Below, in pieces: positions 26,585-29,138 of a stretch of DNA of 29,138 nt. Both the position numbers and the translations under genes were made by a program. The notes beneath the pieces were generated by a model, which saw only the letters and a list, made by a program, of their open reading frames with translations, made no database searches and was not told the DNA's origin. The stretch is taken from the NCBI GenBank assembly GCA_004524535.1, contig SDNY01000040.1:1-29138 (forward strand). The letters are read 5' to 3'. Every line of letters starts with the position of its first letter. The first letter of the stretch is position 1. Source of the stretch: Promethearchaeota archaeon. Its GTDB lineage: Archaea > Asgardarchaeota > Lokiarchaeia > Sigyniarchaeales > SOKP01.

Positions 26585-27490
26585 TTAGAAATCTAAATAA
26601 CCTTTATTCTTTTTCATTGTAATAGTATGTAACCGCAACCAAGCTTCAATGACGATATTCATAAACAAATTTGGATCAAGAATCTTGGAAGGCATATTTA
26701 TCAATACACCATTTTCATTTTCCGTGAGTTTTAAATGTCCTTCTTTAATATCTTTCACATTTGATGCAACGATTCGAACCTGATTATTATCAAATAGCTC
26801 TGGACGATTAAGAAAGACAGGTACAAGGACATCCCATATGTAGATAAGATCGAGGCCAGTGTGTTCATTGTACGTTGAGAAAAGGCTTTCAATAAGGTGC
26901 CTAATATTTTTAGGCCAAAAATTAACTCTTTCCAAATGCTCTTTTGTAAACGGAACTTGTTTACAAATTTCACTATTTATCACTGTTACAGGGCACTCTG
27001 CATGAAAAACACGGAAAGCTGCTTTTGGATCGCGTTTTAAATTCACATCAGGAAGAGTAAAATTCCCCATTGTAAATGGATGCTCAATATGACCCCCCAT
27101 CAAGATGATTGCCTTTAAATTTCGAAAAAAGTTAGAATCAATTTGAGCTGCATATTGTAAATTCCCTAGCGTGCCTGCTGCTAATATGACTAATTCTCCC
27201 GGATTAGAAGCAGCATTTTTAGCAAGGAAATGTGCGGCTTCAGTTGGAGCGGCACCTCTCTTACTTGCTCCTTCTTTCAATGGAATATCCTCTCTACCTA
27301 TAGCCTTAAGAAGATTTTTTGTATATCGCATAACATTCTCAATTTTTCCATTACCAAATACGGTTGTAATTCCCAAAAGCTCGAGATCGGAGGAACCAAG
27401 AATATAAAAGAGAGCGAGTCCATCATCCAACTCCCAACCAATCTGTCCCATAGTATTATCGCAATCAAAAATAACCTTTGTTCTCATCAT
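26585..27490 (-). CDS. Nucleoside hydrolase family protein
   Basis: VIFDCDNT..DDGLAL, GITTVFGN, LMGG, N..RDP.AA, IWD. Confidence 0.85.
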   Translation of the reverse strand: MMRTKVIFDCDNTMGQIGWELDDGLALFYILGSSDLELLGITTVFGNGKIENVMRYTKNLLKAIGREDIPLKEGASKRGAAPTEAAHFLAKNAASNPGELVILAAGTLGNLQYAAQIDSNFFRNLKAIILMGGHIEHPFTMGNFTLPDVNLKRDPKAAFRVFHAECPVTVINSEICKQVPFTKEHLERVNFWPKNIRHLIESLFSTYNEHTGLDLIYIWDVLVPVFLNRPELFDNNQVRIVASNVKDIKEGHLKLTENENGVLINMPSKILDPNLFMNIVIEAWLRLHTITMKKNKGYLDF

Positions 27491-27608
27491 TTATGACCTC
27501 TTTTAGAATTAAAAGAAATTATTTAATTTAAAAGAAATCTTTATTATCAAGTTCTAATTACACGAAAAATAATAAATATCGGTTTAAAGCAAACTGAGGT
27601 TTGAATAA

Positions 27609-28675
27609 ATGTCTGATGAGCCCTATTTAAAATTAAGAGAATTTTTAGATCGTTTCCCTATAGGATACCCTAAAACATCAAGCGGGATTGAAATCAAGAT
27701 TTTAAAAAGACTTTTTACAGAGGAAGAAGCTAAGATTGCCGTATTGATAAATCCATTACCTGATACTCCTGCTAGAATTGCAAGACGCGCTAAAATGGAC
27801 AAAAAGGAAATGGAAAAAAAATTAGATTTGATGTCTAAAAAAGGACTCATATTTAGAGTCCAAAGGGGGGTAAAATATTTTATAATTCAGCACCTTACAT
27901 GATTGGATTGTATGAATATTCTGTAAATAAAATCGATAAGGATCTTGCAAAAATGTTTAAAGAGTATTATGATTTAGCTATGGTGGATGAAATGGGAGCT
28001 AGCAATGTACCTGGATTCAAAGTACTTCCTGTAGATGAATCAATTGAAGCTAACACGGTACTCTATCCATATCATGAACTTAAGAAGAGTATAAAAAATG
28101 CTAGAAAAATAGCAGTTTATGATTGTGTCTGCCGAAAAGAATCCCGATTACTCGGAGAGGGATGTGAGTATCCGATGGAGGAAACTTGTTTGGCCTTCGG
28201 AGCTGCTGCTGAATATTATATTGAAAATGGATGGGCACGAGAAATTACTCCGGAAGAATGTATAAAAATTATTGAAGAAACTGATAAGGCAGGATTAGTT
28301 CATGCGGGAGTTAATTCTAAACATTTATCAAATATATGCAACTGCTGTCCATGTTGTTGTGCTACAATGCGCGGAATAACAAAAAAGGGATATGATAAAC
28401 ACATGTACCTAAATGCCTTGTTTGAATCCATAATTGACCAAGAATTATGTGTTGGATGTGGAAACTGCGTTGAAAGGTGTCCTGTCGATGCAATTACATT
28501 AGATGATATTGCTACTGTTAATAGAGAGATGTGCCTCGGTTGTGGTTTATGTGCTGGAGTCTGTCCAGAAGAAGCTATAACTTTACATTTAAGAGAAGAC
28601 GAAGAAGAGCCCTTTGAAAGAGTTCTTGAGTTAGGGAAAGCTATCTTTGAAGGTAAAAGGAAGAGTTCTAATTAA
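27609..28675 (+). pseudogene. Fe-S protein (N-terminal wHTH-like region, Cys-rich core, 2x[4Fe-4S] ferredoxin), frameshifted at a G6 tract
   Basis: Adding one G to the G6 run at 27865-27870 joins the two ORFs as RVQRGGKIFYNSAPYMIGLYEY. Motifs CVCR, ICNCCPCCC and two CxxCxxCxxxCP. Could be a sequencing error. Confidence 0.75.
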
Positions 28676-28736
28676 TTTATTCTATTTATTAGATTTAAAC
28701 TAAAAATTAAAATAAGGATAATATATCTACAACTTA

Positions 28737-28922
28737 ATGACAGAAGAAGTTAGTGAAGAAATTAAAAAAGAAATTTTTGAATTAATCACTACACCTGGAG
28801 TTGAGATTGAAGATATTGTGGAAAAACTGAATCTCGATTATGATAAAGTTATGGATATTTTAGCAAATGAATATTTAAGAAACAATCTCGACCACGGTCG
28901 TAGATTATGTTGCAGATTTTAA
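28737..28922 (+). CDS. Small acidic HTH-like hypothetical protein ending RRLCCRF
   Basis: 61-aa ORF with an IEDIVEKLNLDYDKVMDIL helix-turn-helix pattern. Confidence 0.7.
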   Translation: MTEEVSEEIKKEIFELITTPGVEIEDIVEKLNLDYDKVMDILANEYLRNNLDHGRRLCCRF

Positions 28923-29138
28923 ATGTAATTCCTCTTTTTCTAATTAAAGAAAATTTTTAATAAAATTTTTTATATTTGCTTTATTTTATAACACACTAAG
29001 TTCAAAATATCTTTTTTGAAGGACTTAGGACGCAATATTAAGCGGTTTCAATATAGTCAAGATATTGAAAAGTAAGAAATTATACTGTTAGCATTTTATT
29101 TGCGTTCCTTGACCTTTAGAAACAGGTTTTGAATAAAA

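Noticed and set aside
9809-27850. Other short overlapping ORFs in the track (e.g. 9809, 10595, 13465, 14110, 14437, 19837, 22659, 22990, 23669, 25365, 26755, 27171, 27230, 27623)
   Set aside because: They lie within or antisense to well-supported genes and have no motifs.
1-29138. CRISPR arrays, tRNA or rRNA genes
   Set aside because: No regularly spaced repeats, cloverleafs or rRNA-like sequence were seen by eye.

Overview
AT-rich archaeal DNA, most likely Asgard (Lokiarchaeia-like); the taxonomy is inferred from composition, GGTGA/GGAG Shine-Dalgarno motifs, oligo-T terminators and protein families. The first ~8.7 kb is a cluster of mobile elements: a broken ISL3-like transposase, a phage-type gene of unknown function, and an IS110 recombinase gene preceded by a ~200-nt structured non-coding region (candidate bridge RNA). 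It ends with two nested minus-strand group II introns (a twintron): outer 8724->4154, inner 8162->5857. The inner intron sits inside ribozyme domain I of the outer one, and its EBS1/EBS2 pair with the insertion site. The rest is metabolic and housekeeping: a YihQ-like GH31 with altered sulfonate-binding residues, aroK, GH57, a thiolase-like protein, GH20, aroD, adk, a VapBC pair, an FAD oxidoreductase, a DMT transporter, a class V aminotransferase, a serine hydrolase, ThiW, an FAA hydrolase, a nucleoside hydrolase and a frameshifted Fe-S protein. An unannotated 53-aa zinc-ribbon ORF and an 82-bp direct repeat bracketing three genes were also found. No tRNA, rRNA or CRISPR array was seen.
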